From the NCBI GenBank assembly GCA_041737595.1, contig JBGSRK010000011.1, forward strand, positions 66,658-130,657: a DNA stretch of 64,000 nt, given 5' to 3'. The stretch comes from Patescibacteria group bacterium. Its GTDB lineage: Bacteria; Patescibacteriota; CPR2; UBA1875. Position numbers and translations under genes: made by a program. Shown here piece by piece: positions 52,764 through 63,735 of this stretch (its first letter is position 1; every line of letters starts with the position of its first letter). A model generated the notes under the pieces. The model was not told where the DNA came from and did no database searches. It was given only the letters and a program-made list of their open reading frames with translations.

Positions 52764-53345
52764 ATGAAAAAAATATTAAAAAATGTATGGTTCTGGATAG
52801 GAATAATAGTATTAATATTGGTTCTTTCTGGCGGTGGATATTATTTTTATAAAAACCAATCGAAATTTAAAACTGAAACAAATAATTCTGAGGAGATATC
52901 TAATAATGATCAGGCTACAGAAAAAACTGATGCAGGGGCCACAGAAACTGTTATAAACCCAAACGAAGGAGGACCAACCCCGGAAGTTAATACCGCACTA
53001 TCTGAACTTTCAAATGTAACTTTGACTGCTTATTTGATGACCTTGAATACTACATCTGCAGATGGTAAAACACAAATACCCGCAAATAGTATTCAACCAT
53101 ATTTTTTCCCTTCTGGTTCTGGAGTTTTTAGTATCCAAAAATTAGTTGGAGTAAATTGGACAGATATTGCTTCAAACATTAGTTATCCCGGCCATGGTGG
53201 GATAGCAGGTTCTTATACCACAACTACAGAAGATAATATAAATTACCGTGTTATCAAAATAGAAAATAATAAGGCCGTATCAGTTTCGAAAATTTTTGTA
53301 GTTAAAAGGGCCGATCTTTCTGATGGCTTTAAAACATATAATTAG
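52764..53345 (+). CDS. membrane-anchored secreted hypothetical protein
   Basis: N-terminal TM 'VWFWIGIIVLILVLSGGGYYFY'; T/N-rich. Confidence 0.4.
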   Translation: MKKILKNVWFWIGIIVLILVLSGGGYYFYKNQSKFKTETNNSEEISNNDQATEKTDAGATETVINPNEGGPTPEVNTALSELSNVTLTAYLMTLNTTSADGKTQIPANSIQPYFFPSGSGVFSIQKLVGVNWTDIASNISYPGHGGIAGSYTTTTEDNINYRVIKIENNKAVSVSKIFVVKRADLSDGFKTYN

Positions 53346-53358
53346 GGAATGGGGTTAA

Positions 53359-53622
53359 TTGAATTTAGAAAAATTTAAAACTGACACAAAATTATTTAGT
53401 TATCTTCTAATGGGGCTTGCGATAATCTTTGTATTAATATTTCTCTTTGTATTTGGTTTTGCAATAATCTTTTTTGTTATTTTAGTTGGATGGGTAATTT
53501 TAGTTTTTTATTATCTAAAATTTTTAGTTAAATATAATTTTACAGCAAGAATTATAGCAATTATAGTAGCTATATTGTTAACAATCGGAATATTCTTTTT
53601 GGCTTATAACCTTTTGTTATAA
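53359..53622 (+). CDS. small membrane protein
   Basis: 87 aa, three TM. Confidence 0.3.
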   Translation: MNLEKFKTDTKLFSYLLMGLAIIFVLIFLFVFGFAIIFFVILVGWVILVFYYLKFLVKYNFTARIIAIIVAILLTIGIFFLAYNLLL

Positions 53623-53712
53623 AATAGATAATTAAGATAGCATTGACATAAGAATTTTTTAATATATAATAATATTTGTGTCCAAACGGACAGTAACTCA
53701 AATTGTCGAAAG

Positions 53713-54090
53713 GTGGTGTTTGGTGTGAGCCGAAAAATTGTGCTTGTAATTGAGGATGACCAGATGATAGCTTTGCTTCATCAAACGATCCTTTCTCACA
53801 ATGGGTACAAGGTGGTTCATGTAATGAGCATTGAAGAAGCGAAGAAAGTCATTTCTTCGAGTCAAAAAATCGATGCTTTCATCATTGATGGGAACATCAT
53901 TGGCGGGAAAACGACCGAACTTGTGAAGGATATCAGAAAAAGATATCCAGATGCAAAATTGGTCGCTGCCTCTAGTGATGATGACATTCAGCGCGAGCTA
54001 CTTGAAGTCGGTGCCGATACTTCGGCCCAGAAACATGAAGCCGCAACTCATCTTGTAACCATCATCGAAGACAATACCCACCCCGTGTAA
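53713..54090 (+). CDS. single-domain response regulator receiver (CheY-like)
   Basis: 'KIVLVIEDDQMIA...IDAFIIDGNI...KLVAASS'. Confidence 0.55.
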   Translation: MVFGVSRKIVLVIEDDQMIALLHQTILSHNGYKVVHVMSIEEAKKVISSSQKIDAFIIDGNIIGGKTTELVKDIRKRYPDAKLVAASSDDDIQRELLEVGADTSAQKHEAATHLVTIIEDNTHPV

Positions 54091-54155
54091 TGCAACCATT
54101 TCGTGTATTCTACGGGGTGTTTGCTTTATTATTAAAAAACAATTAAAGTTTATAT

Positions 54156-54755
54156 ATGAACTTATACATTCTTCTTACAAATACAGGGACTATTCTTACC
54201 CGGATAATTGGTCTTTTCACTGGTTATAAATATAATCATGTTTCTTTTGGTTTTGATAAAAATCTTGAATGTATATATAGTTTTGGTCGCCTTAAACCTA
54301 GAAATCCTTTTATCGGCGGTTTTGTAGAAGAAAATATTAACGAAGGGTTATATAAAATAAAAAAAAATACAAGAGGGTTAGTATTAAAAATTAAAATAGA
54401 CAAAAATTTAAAATCAAAAATAGAAGAAAATTTAAAACCATTTATTACTGAAAAACATTTATATGGCTATAATACATATGGTCTTATTAATAATGCACTT
54501 GGCAGAAATAATAAAAAAAATCATAGAAATTATTTCTGTTCTGAATTTGCGGCTAAAATTTTTAGTGAAAGTAAAGTCTATGATTTTAAAAAACCTGATG
54601 TTTTAGTTAGGCCAGAAGATTTTCTAAAGATAAATAGAGTGGTTACTGTATATGAAGGATTGCTTATTAATTATAATAAAAAGCTAGTAAAAAAACCCTT
54701 GCATTTGTGGATAAGTTTTGTTACAATTTTGAAGCTAATAAAAGGTTCGGATTAA
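54156..54755 (+). CDS. putative permuted papain-fold (YiiX/LRAT-like) protein
   Basis: 'YNHVSFGF' His and C-terminal 'YFCSEFAAKIF' Cys in the order expected for permuted NlpC/P60-like enzymes; weak. Confidence 0.25.
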   Translation: MNLYILLTNTGTILTRIIGLFTGYKYNHVSFGFDKNLECIYSFGRLKPRNPFIGGFVEENINEGLYKIKKNTRGLVLKIKIDKNLKSKIEENLKPFITEKHLYGYNTYGLINNALGRNNKKNHRNYFCSEFAAKIFSESKVYDFKKPDVLVRPEDFLKINRVVTVYEGLLINYNKKLVKKPLHLWISFVTILKLIKGSD

Positions 54756-54832
54756 ATGAACGCACAACAAAACTCAATAACAGGAGGCGAGGCGTAGTAA
54801 TACAACCTATTTAATCTCTAGTTTTAGGTCGG

Positions 54833-54856
54833 CCCGCCGAATTGGCGGGATTTTTT
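54833..54856 (+). terminator. rho-independent terminator
   Basis: 'cccgccgaattggcggg' followed by atttttt. Confidence 0.5.
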
Positions 54857-55809
54857 ATTAATAATTCGAGAGTTCAAAAGAAGAAAAACTTAATTGAGCT
54901 CTGGAGTAATTGTGTAGAGTAAAGAATAATTAATCTGATATTCTGTATTTTTTATCTCAAATAATTATGGAGTTTCAGAAACTTAACAACTTAATAAAAG
55001 AAGGCAATTCAAAGCTTTAGATTAGTTATCTAAAGAAATCAAATTCTAATCCCAATTGAATTTGCAAGTATGAATTGCCGGTTAAGGGTAGAGTCGAGTC
55101 GTTGCAACTACGTTGCACCGAAATTCTAAAATCTTAATTCTAAATTATAAAAAAAATACTAAATTTAAATGTTTAAAGCATTAAGATTTAAAAATTATTT
55201 AAGATTTAAAAATTTAAAATTAGAGTTTCCGTGCAGCGTAGCTACACGGTTTGGCTCTTGCAATAAAACTAAATATTACGAGATTAAGTTGGGTAAGAGC
55301 ATATGATGGATGCCTTGGCGGCATAAGCCGAAGAAGGACGCGATAGGCTGCGATAAGCCTCGGGGAGCTGTCTAATAAGCTGTGATCCGGGGATTTCCGA
55401 ATGGGGCAACCCGATTGGATTCATCTCCAATCAACCATATCTGAATACATAGGATATGAGTAGGGCACTCGGTGAACTGAAACATCTAAGTAGCCGAAGG
55501 AAAAGAAAACAATAGTGAACGCCTTAGTAGTGGTGAGCGAACGGGCGCGAGTCGAAACTTTTTACATGTTAAAGCTTACAGGCGTTGTGTAAAAGGAGTT
55601 GTGAGGTAGATCGTCACTGAAACTTTGTTTCAGTGGGCTGAGATCAAAGAGTTGGATCTTTCCAATTCTCCGATTTCAGAAGTGTGGGCTGTAAACTACA
55701 CATAAGGTAAAAAAATAAAAGAATTAATAGAACGAGCCTGGAAAGGACGACCATAGAGGGTGATAGTCCCGTAAATGAAAATTCTTTTGTCCTTATAGAT
55801 TTATTCTCT

Positions 55810-55843
<34 letters not shown>

Positions 55844-55879
55844 CGGGAGGACCACCTCCCAAGACTAAATACTTATGTC

Positions 55880-55913
<34 letters not shown>

Positions 55914-56095
55914 AAAAAGAACCCCTGTTAGGGGAGTGAAATAGAACCTGAAATCATATGCTTACTAGGTGTAGGAGCGGATTTATTCCGTGACTGCGTG
56001 CCTTTTGTAGAATGAGCCAACGAGTTATCGTAACAAGCAAGGTTAAGTAGTTTAAAGCTACGGAGCCGAAGGGAAACCGAGTCTTAATAGGGCGT

Positions 56096-56256
56096 GGGCT
56101 ACTTCCCATTGAGTAAAATACTTTGTGAACGCATAGCACCAGTTCTGGCAAAGTGAAAATTTTTCGACGTATTCACAATACGTTTTAAAGTTTTCACAAA
56201 GTCATAACTAGGCGATCTGTGCCCACAAGTGCATTTTATCCAGTGGGAAGTAGCCA
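56096..56256 (+). other. 23S intervening/expansion sequence at the helix-25 site
   Basis: ~160 nt closed by the long stem 'gggctacttcccattg ... cagtgggaagtagcc' where standard 23S has ~10 nt. Confidence 0.5.
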
Positions 56257-56785
56257 CTAGTTTGTTATGATAGACCCGAAACCGGGTGACCTAACCATGG
56301 GCAGGCTGAAGCGGCGCTAAACCGTCGTGGAGGGCCGAACACACGTCAGTTACAAATGGCGGTGATGACCTGTGGTTAGCGGAGAAATTCCAATCGAACC
56401 CGGAGATAGCTGGTTCTCCTCGAAATAGCTTTAGGGCTAGCCGTATAAATTAACCTTCGGAGGTAGAGCACTGAATGGGCTAGGGGGCGCAAGCTTACCA
56501 AACCCAAATAAACTCCGAATGCCGAAGGATATTACTATACGAGTCAGAATGTGGGGGCTAAGCTCCATATTCAAAAGGGAAACAGCCCAGATCGCCATCT
56601 AAGGTCCCCAAATTTATACTAAGTGGAAAAGGATGTGAAGTCGCATAAACAACCAGGATGTTGGCTTAGAAGCAGCCATGCATTTAAAGAGTGCGTAACA
56701 GCTCACTGGTCGATTGTGATTTTGCGCCGAAAATATAACGGGGCTAAGTATAATACCGAAGATGCGGGCATTGTGCTCCGCACAG

Positions 56786-56893
56786 AGTTCTAAATTAATA
56801 GTTTCAAGTTCTAACTGAATGAATCCTTTGGAGGATTATAAAATCGCAAAGCGATACAATCAATTAAAATTTAAAACTTAAAATTAAAAATTC
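56786..56893 (+). other. 23S intervening/expansion sequence at the helix-45 site
   Basis: ~105 nt AT-rich insert between 'gatgcggg...' and '...gcggtagaggagcgttc'. Confidence 0.45.
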
Positions 56894-57869
56894 CGTGCGT
56901 AGCACGATGCGGTAGAGGAGCGTTCTTGTCTGCATTGAAGCTGACATGCGAGTGTTGGTGGAGCGTCAAGAAGTGAGAATGTTGGCATGAGTAACCCAAA
57001 TCACGATGAAAAATCGTGACACCGTAAGACCAAGGTTTCCTGGGCAACGTTGATCGTCCCAGGGTTAGTCGGGCCTAAGCCGAGGCTGAAAAGCGTAGGC
57101 GATGGACAACAGGTTGATATTCCTGTACTACTATTACGTTCCCGTGAATGACGCCGGGCACAAACTCAAGCAGATTTTTGGCTATATCTGTTTAACTCTG
57201 ATGTGAGTCAGAGGAATAAAATTAGGGTAAAACCTGAGATTTGAGTGAATGCACGGACCAGAAAAGTTCACGGTTAAAGAAAATGGTATCCGTACCGCAA
57301 ACCGACTCCGGTGGTCGAGGCGAGTAGCCTCAGGTGCTCGGGAGAACCCTCGTTAAGGAACTCGGCAAAAAAGCGGGCGTAACTTCGGGATAAGCCCTGC
57401 CTCTCTTTTTGAGAGGCCGCAGCAAATGAGTCCATGCGACTGTTTATCAAAAACACAGGTCTGTGCAAACACGCAAGTGGAAGTATACGGACTGACGCCT
57501 GCCCAGTGCTGGAAGGTTAACAGGAGGTGTGCAAGCACCGAATCGAAGCCCCAGTGAACGGCGGCGGTAACTATAACCGTCCTAAGGTAGCGAAATTCCT
57601 TGTCAGGTAAGTTCTGACCCGCACGAATGGCGCAACGGTATGGACACTGTCTCAACGAGGGACCCGGTGAAATTGCAATGGCGGTAAAGATGCCGTCTAC
57701 CCACGACAAGACGGAAAGACCCCGTGGAGCTTTACTACAGCTTGGCATTGGATTAGGTTTTGTTTTGTGTAGCATAGGTGGGAGACTTTGAAGCAGTGGC
57801 GTTAGCTATTGTGGAGTCGTTAGTGAAATACCACCCTTTATAAAACTTGGTTCTAACCAGCACCGCAAA

Positions 57870-57975
57870 TTGTTAGTAATTTAACATCTATAATCGAAAG
57901 ATTTATAGATATCGGTTGTAAAGCACACGTTTACTATTTATTAGTATTCTAGCTTTACGTCCAAGAAAAATTACT
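57870..57975 (+). other. 23S expansion insert (domain V, E. coli ~2200 region)
   Basis: ~105 extra AT-rich nt between 'ttctaacc' and 'ggaacagtgtctgg'. Confidence 0.4.
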
Positions 57976-58006
57976 ACCAGTTTCCGGTGTTGGAACAGTG
58001 TCTGGT

Positions 58007-58052
<46 letters not shown>

Positions 58053-58213
58053 TTCAAAGGTACGCTAAGTTCGGATGGAAATCGAACTGATAGTGCAAAC
58101 GCATAAGCGTGCTTGACTGCAAGACTTACAAGTCGAGCAGGTGCGAAAGCAGGAGTTAGTGATCCGATGCATGTTCTAGCCTTCGGGCTAGACAATCGAG
58201 TGGATGATGCATC

Positions 58214-58250
<37 letters not shown>

Positions 58251-58282
58251 GATTGAGCCCAATAGTTCACATAGACGGCTCA

Positions 58283-58322
<40 letters not shown>

Positions 58323-58353
58323 GAGCAGGTCCCAAGGGTTTGGCTGTTCGCCA

Positions 58354-58409
<56 letters not shown>

Positions 58410-58875
58410 TGTCGTGGGCGTCGAAATTTGAGGAAAGTTGCTTCTAGTACGAGAGGACCGAAGCGAACGCACCTCTGGTGTACCAGTTGTCCTGCCAAGG
58501 GCATCGCTGGGTAGCTATCGTGCGGACGGGATAAGCGCTGAAAGCATATAAGCGCGAAGCCTCTTCCAAGATAAGATTTCATTATAGGATCCATATAGAA
58601 CATGTGGTTGATAGGCTTCAGGTGTAAGCGTAGCAATATGTTGAGCCGAGAAGTACTAATAATCCGACAGCTTAAAAAACTCTATTTATAGAGACCTCAT
58701 TATTTGAGGCGTAATAGTTTTACTTAACCGGCGATTTGTACTTGTAAAATAACAAGTTATTAATACGGGCTTATATAATCACCCGGGGCCGTGTAGTCTC
58801 CCCCGCCCGCCTGGCCTAGCCACGCGAGGCCGGACTACACCCCTCGGTTGATTAACCTGTAATTTGAAGACAGTT

Positions 58876-58991
58876 TTCCCGGTGTCTTTAGCAAAGTGGC
58901 CACACCTGTTCCCATCTCGAACACAGAAGTTAAGCACTTTAGCGTCGATGGTACTTGGGCTTATGTCCTGGAAGAGTAGATCGATGCCGGG
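58876..58991 (+). rRNA. rrf: 5S ribosomal RNA
   Basis: 'gccacacctgttcccatctcgaacacagaagttaagc ... gtacttggg ... gagtag' 5S signature. Confidence 0.85.
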
Positions 58992-59145
58992 TAAATTGTT
59001 TTTAAATAAAAAGTGTTCCTTTTTTGGAGCGCTTTTTTGTTTTTAACCACAAGCAAAATTGAAAAAAATTGTGAGATTTTACGATGATTGTTTATATCAA
59101 ATAAAGTTATTATATATATAGTAAAGATAAAAGTAGGAGATTTAA

Positions 59146-59339
59146 TGTCAGGAACAAAAGATGGTGGTATAAAAGCAGCCGAAACCAACAAGTCAAGACA
59201 CGGTTCTGATTTTTATAAAAAAATCGGTGGCAAAGGTGGACTTGTGGTTGGTGTTAAAAAAGGGTTTGCAGCAAATCCAGAACTTGCAAGTAAAGCAGGT
59301 AAAAAGGGTGGAAAAATTTCTAAGAGAACAAAAAAATAG
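59146..59339 (+). CDS. KGG-repeat general stress-like small protein
   Basis: 'GGKGGLVVGVKKGFAANPELASKAGKKGGK'. Start is taken at ATG 59146 with a GTAGGAG RBS; the track ORF begins at 59088. Confidence 0.5.
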
Positions 59340-59381
59340 ATAAGACGAACAATGTTCTTATTATTTAAACGTGGAGGTGAA

Positions 59382-59528
59382 TATGAGATCAAAATCACCA
59401 AGACGAGTCGGGATGAAGAGAGATGTTGGGCATCCAGCCAATTTATACTTTCGTCTTATTGAAAAAGGTAGGGCACTTAGAAATAAGATTAAAAACCCTC
59501 ATCAAAAGTATAAGATAGTAGGCCAATA
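59382..59528 (+). CDS. small basic protein (48 aa), unlisted ORF
   Basis: 'MRSKSPRRVGMKRDVGHPANLYFRLIEKGRALRNKIKNPHQKYKIVGQ' with strong GGAGGTG RBS and terminator downstream. Confidence 0.3.
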
Positions 59529-59542
59529 GGCAATCAAAAAAA

Positions 59543-59567
59543 CCGGACCATGTGTCCGGTTTTTTTA
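59543..59567 (+). terminator. rho-independent terminator
   Basis: 'ccggaccatgtgtccgg' followed by ttttttt. Confidence 0.55.
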
Positions 59568-59677
59568 GTTAAAATTATTGACCAAAAAGCAAAGCTGTGT
59601 TATAATTAATTTGAAATCAAAAAAGTTATTTTTATTTAATATATTTATATCATAATAGTGAGGGAGGTAATTTAACT

Positions 59678-60334
59678 ATGAATTTAGCGCATTATTTAAT
59701 TTCAGGTGGGATCCCCCAAGAAACAATTTTTTTGCTTCTTTCTTTACCATTTATAGCACTTTTGGTAAGTTTTTTTAGACATTTTGTTGGCGTAAAAACA
59801 TTTGGTATGTATGAGCCGATTGTAATCGCATATTCTTTATATTTTGTTTCAACAGATTTTTTTGTTGGTTTAAAATTTGGACTACCTATTATATTTTTAG
59901 CGTGGATGGTTAGTGAAATTTTAAAAAGAGTATTCGAAAAATCCAAATTACATTATATTTCCAAAGTTTCACTCAAAATATCTATTGCTAGCATTGTTAT
60001 TTTAGGGTTACTGGCTCTTGCAGTATATTTCGGCAAAAATGGATACTTCACTGTTTCTGCACTTCCAATTGTTATTATTTTAACATTAGTAGAATCAATT
60101 AGCCTTTTTCAAATAAAGGCTGGGAGCATGAAAACAAATATTATTACACTGGAAACTTTAATTGTTGCGCTTTTAAGTTATGCTTTTATTTCAAGTAATT
60201 GGATTCAATTATATATTATTAACAATTATTATTTAATTCTTATCCCACTGCTTGGTAGTTATTATGTTGGTAAATGGAAAGGACTTCGAATTTCTGAATA
60301 TCTTAGATTCAAAAATTCATTAAAAGATGACTAG
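59678..60334 (+). CDS. polytopic membrane protein (7TM-like) preceding the ATP-grasp genes
   Basis: ~6-7 TM helices; gene overlaps the next ORF. Confidence 0.4.
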   Translation: MNLAHYLISGGIPQETIFLLLSLPFIALLVSFFRHFVGVKTFGMYEPIVIAYSLYFVSTDFFVGLKFGLPIIFLAWMVSEILKRVFEKSKLHYISKVSLKISIASIVILGLLALAVYFGKNGYFTVSALPIVIILTLVESISLFQIKAGSMKTNIITLETLIVALLSYAFISSNWIQLYIINNYYLILIPLLGSYYVGKWKGLRISEYLRFKNSLKDD

Positions 60335-61724
60335 TATTATATCATTTTTCCAAAATAGAAAAGATATTTTAGGGATGAATGACAGAAATTATTCCTATAA
60401 GATTTCTGATTCAAAAAAAATAAGAATAGCTGATAATAAACTGTTAACAAAAAAAATATTAAAAAAATCAGATATTCCAACTCCAGAGCTATATGGTGTT
60501 ATACGTAGTCGTGAACAACTTGAGGCTTTCGATTTTGAAAAACTTCCCAAAAGTTTTGTTTTAAAACCAGCACGAGGTCTTAAAGGTGCTGGTATTAATA
60601 TTTATTATAATAGAGGGAAAGATGGTCGCTGGATACTTGCAGATAGAAAAAAGCATAGTATAGATGATCTTAAGACACATATTGGGAATATATTAGATGG
60701 ACAATATTCTATTGGTGTAACTCCAAAACCTTCCGCCGCTATATTTGAAGAAAGAGTAAAAATTCATAATTCTTTTCGATTATATTCATACAGGGGGATA
60801 CCTGATATTAGGGTTATAGTCTATAAAGGAATTCCTGTAATGGCGATGTTAAGACTTTCAACCCATGAATCAGGTGGTAAGGCGAATATTTCTCTCGGAG
60901 CTATTGGAGTAGGGATTGATATGGCAACAGGGGTTACAACAACCGCAATTAAAAATAATTTTTTGATTGAAAATGCTCCTGGAACAAATTTAAAGTTGTC
61001 AGGCATAAGAATACCATATTGGACAAAAATTCTAAGAATGTCTAATCGATGTTCATCTGCATCTGGTATAAATTATTTAGGGGTTGATGTTATTATTGAC
61101 AAAGAAAAAGGTCCGCTTATTGTAGAATTAAATGCCAGGCCAGGTCTTGGTATCCAGTCTGCTAATCAAGCAGGGTTAAAAGAGCGATTATTGCGTGTAA
61201 AAAAATTAAAGAATATTACCGAAGACAGGGCTGTACGTCTTGCAAAGGATTTGTTTGGGGGTGAAATTGAAGAAGAAATTGAAGAAATTTCCGGTAGAGA
61301 AGTCATTGGTTTAAAAGAAAGTGTTATTTTTAAAGGTAAGAATGATGAAGAAATAAAAGTAGATTGTAAAATCGATACAGGGGCAGAATCTTCCTCTATT
61401 GATGAGAAGATTGCTGAATTACTCGGTTATTCGGACGCTGTTAGTGAATTTAAAAAAAATATTACAAACGAAATTATAGATCTTAATAAAGAAGATAGAA
61501 AAAAAATAATCAAAAAAATGAATATTCATAAAGATATAAGTGCTCTTGTCCCAATAAAATCAGCTTCTGGTTCTGATTATCGTATTAAGCTAGTGATTCC
61601 AGCGAAAATTGGCGAAAAGAATTTTTTAATGAGAGCTACAATTGCAGACCGAACAAATCTCACATATCCTGTTATTATAGGTAAAAAAGATTTACGAGAA
61701 TTTTTAATAGATCCAAGAAAGTAA
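60327..61724 (+). CDS. RimK-like ATP-grasp ligase fused to a retropepsin-like (putative ATP-dependent zinc protease, PF05618-like) domain
   Basis: ATP-grasp 'FVLKPARGLKGAGI', 'LGVDVIIDKEKGPLIVELNARPG'; C-terminal 'KIDTGAESSSID' DTGA aspartyl-protease-like motif. Confidence 0.5.
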   Translation: MTSIISFFQNRKDILGMNDRNYSYKISDSKKIRIADNKLLTKKILKKSDIPTPELYGVIRSREQLEAFDFEKLPKSFVLKPARGLKGAGINIYYNRGKDGRWILADRKKHSIDDLKTHIGNILDGQYSIGVTPKPSAAIFEERVKIHNSFRLYSYRGIPDIRVIVYKGIPVMAMLRLSTHESGGKANISLGAIGVGIDMATGVTTTAIKNNFLIENAPGTNLKLSGIRIPYWTKILRMSNRCSSASGINYLGVDVIIDKEKGPLIVELNARPGLGIQSANQAGLKERLLRVKKLKNITEDRAVRLAKDLFGGEIEEEIEEISGREVIGLKESVIFKGKNDEEIKVDCKIDTGAESSSIDEKIAELLGYSDAVSEFKKNITNEIIDLNKEDRKKIIKKMNIHKDISALVPIKSASGSDYRIKLVIPAKIGEKNFLMRATIADRTNLTYPVIIGKKDLREFLIDPRK

Positions 61725-61729
61725 ATATT

Positions 61730-62680
61730 ATGAAAAACATTGTAATTATATATAAGAGTGATAATTGGGCAAAGAACAGGCCTATAACCAATGATGTTGC
61801 AAGGTCCTCTTATGAAAACTGGCATGAATGGGGCATAGAAAATGATATTTCAATATATCATGCAAGTATTGGATGGTACGATTTAGATAAAAATATTTTT
61901 GAAAAAACATGGTCATATCGAAGTGGTAAATGGGTTAAAAACAAAAAACCGATTAAACCAGATTTAATTTTCGATAAAATAAAAGGTAGTCGGGATTATG
62001 AAATGTTCGATTATAAAATGAAAATTAACAAAAAAGTTAAAATCATTAATAGCCCCTTGTTTAGAGCATTAATAGATAATAAATTAAACCAATATATTTT
62101 ATTTTCAGATATTATGCCAGATACCAGATTAATTTCTAACAAAAATGAATTAGCTTCTAATTTGCTTGAATTTAGACAGTCAAAAGTTGTTCTAAAACCA
62201 TTTTATGGATCGGGTGGTTTTGGTATAACTATTTGTGAGAAAGAAGATGCTTTAAATATTGATATCGAATACCCAATTTTACTTCAAGAATTTATTAGTG
62301 GTGGCGGCATACCAAACTTTTCTAACAAAAATGAATTAGCCGATTTAAGATTAATATATGTGAATAATAAACTTATATATGCTTTATCAAGAATTGCTAA
62401 GGGAGAATCTTTATTTACTAACTTTCATCAAGGCGCTAGTGCAGTTTTAGTCCCAATAAATAAAATACCCAAAAATACTACATTATTAGCTAATAAGATT
62501 ATTAAAAAACTATCAATATTTCAAGAAACACATTATTCTTTGGATTTTATTTTTGATAAAAATGGTGAAACTATTTTTATGGAAATGAATTCAACCCCAG
62601 GGTTAGACTTACTGGGGATAGTCGGTACAAAAGATATAAAAAATAATTTTTATAAAAAGATAAGCAGGTTAATTGTATGA
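61730..62680 (+). CDS. ATP-grasp (RimK/glutathione-synthetase-like) ligase
   Basis: 'VVLKPFYGSGGFGI', 'LLQEFISGGG', 'IFMEMNSTPG'. Confidence 0.5.
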   Translation: MKNIVIIYKSDNWAKNRPITNDVARSSYENWHEWGIENDISIYHASIGWYDLDKNIFEKTWSYRSGKWVKNKKPIKPDLIFDKIKGSRDYEMFDYKMKINKKVKIINSPLFRALIDNKLNQYILFSDIMPDTRLISNKNELASNLLEFRQSKVVLKPFYGSGGFGITICEKEDALNIDIEYPILLQEFISGGGIPNFSNKNELADLRLIYVNNKLIYALSRIAKGESLFTNFHQGASAVLVPINKIPKNTTLLANKIIKKLSIFQETHYSLDFIFDKNGETIFMEMNSTPGLDLLGIVGTKDIKNNFYKKISRLIV

Positions 62681-63735
62681 AAAATAAAATAAAAATTGCG
62701 ATAGTTACTTCAGCATTTGGTGACACTGGTGGGCCAGAGGTTGCTACATTAAACCTCACGAATGCTTTGGTAAAAAAAAATATTAATGTCACACTATTTG
62801 CCCCAGCAGATTTTAATACAAATGCAAAACATGTTTCAACTTTAGAAAAAAGTATATGGAAAATGGATGATTTTAAGGATCAATCAAGATTTTTGAGAAG
62901 AAACTATATTATAGCAAGCCAAACAAAAGTACTGTCATTTAATGACTTTGATTTAATACACTTACATACCCAAAAATATGCATACTCAATCGGTGTTAAT
63001 GCTAAATGCCCCTGTATTTTAACTTATCACAGTAAAATTACTAAACCTGAATTTGAACAAATATCTAAAGGAGGTATATATACAGTTGCTCAGACTAAAA
63101 GCCATAGAAATGGGAACAAAACAACCGCGGTTATACCAAATGGTATAGATACCTCAAAAATATCTCCATGCTTTGATAAGGGGAAATATTTAATTACTGC
63201 AGGAAGACTTAATAACAATAAAGGGATAGATATTGCAATTAAAATAGCTAAAAAGTCTCAAAAAAAATTAATAATTATTGGTAGAATAGGTATCTCTGAT
63301 GAAAGAAAAAAATATTATAATGATAAAATTTTACCTTTTTTAAATAAAAATATCATTCATATTGAAGAAATGCCTCAAAAGGAACTATTTGAATATATTA
63401 AAAAAGCTGAAGCACTTTTAATCCCAATTAGACCAGCTAGTGGTTTTGGTATCAAGATATGCCCACTTTTAGTTATGGAAGCACTTGCATGTGGAACCCC
63501 AATAATTGGGACACCTATAAACTCTATGGGGGATCAATTTGATAAAAATTCTATAGGTATGCTTTCAAATAATATCAATGATTTAATACAATCTGCAAAA
63601 AATACAGATAAATTTGATCGTAAAAAATGTAGAGAGTATGCTGAAAAATATTTTGATTCATCAATTATGGCAGAAAAATATTTAAAGTTATACCAAAAAA
63701 TTTTACAAAATAAAAAATCTAAGTTTCATTTATAA
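62677..63735 (+). CDS. glycosyltransferase family 4 (GT-B)
   Basis: 'IAIVTSAFGDTGGPEVATLNL' N-terminus, C-terminal 'EALACGTPIIGT' GT1/GT4 signature. Confidence 0.65.
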   Translation: MKNKIKIAIVTSAFGDTGGPEVATLNLTNALVKKNINVTLFAPADFNTNAKHVSTLEKSIWKMDDFKDQSRFLRRNYIIASQTKVLSFNDFDLIHLHTQKYAYSIGVNAKCPCILTYHSKITKPEFEQISKGGIYTVAQTKSHRNGNKTTAVIPNGIDTSKISPCFDKGKYLITAGRLNNNKGIDIAIKIAKKSQKKLIIIGRIGISDERKKYYNDKILPFLNKNIIHIEEMPQKELFEYIKKAEALLIPIRPASGFGIKICPLLVMEALACGTPIIGTPINSMGDQFDKNSIGMLSNNINDLIQSAKNTDKFDRKKCREYAEKYFDSSIMAEKYLKLYQKILQNKKSKFHL

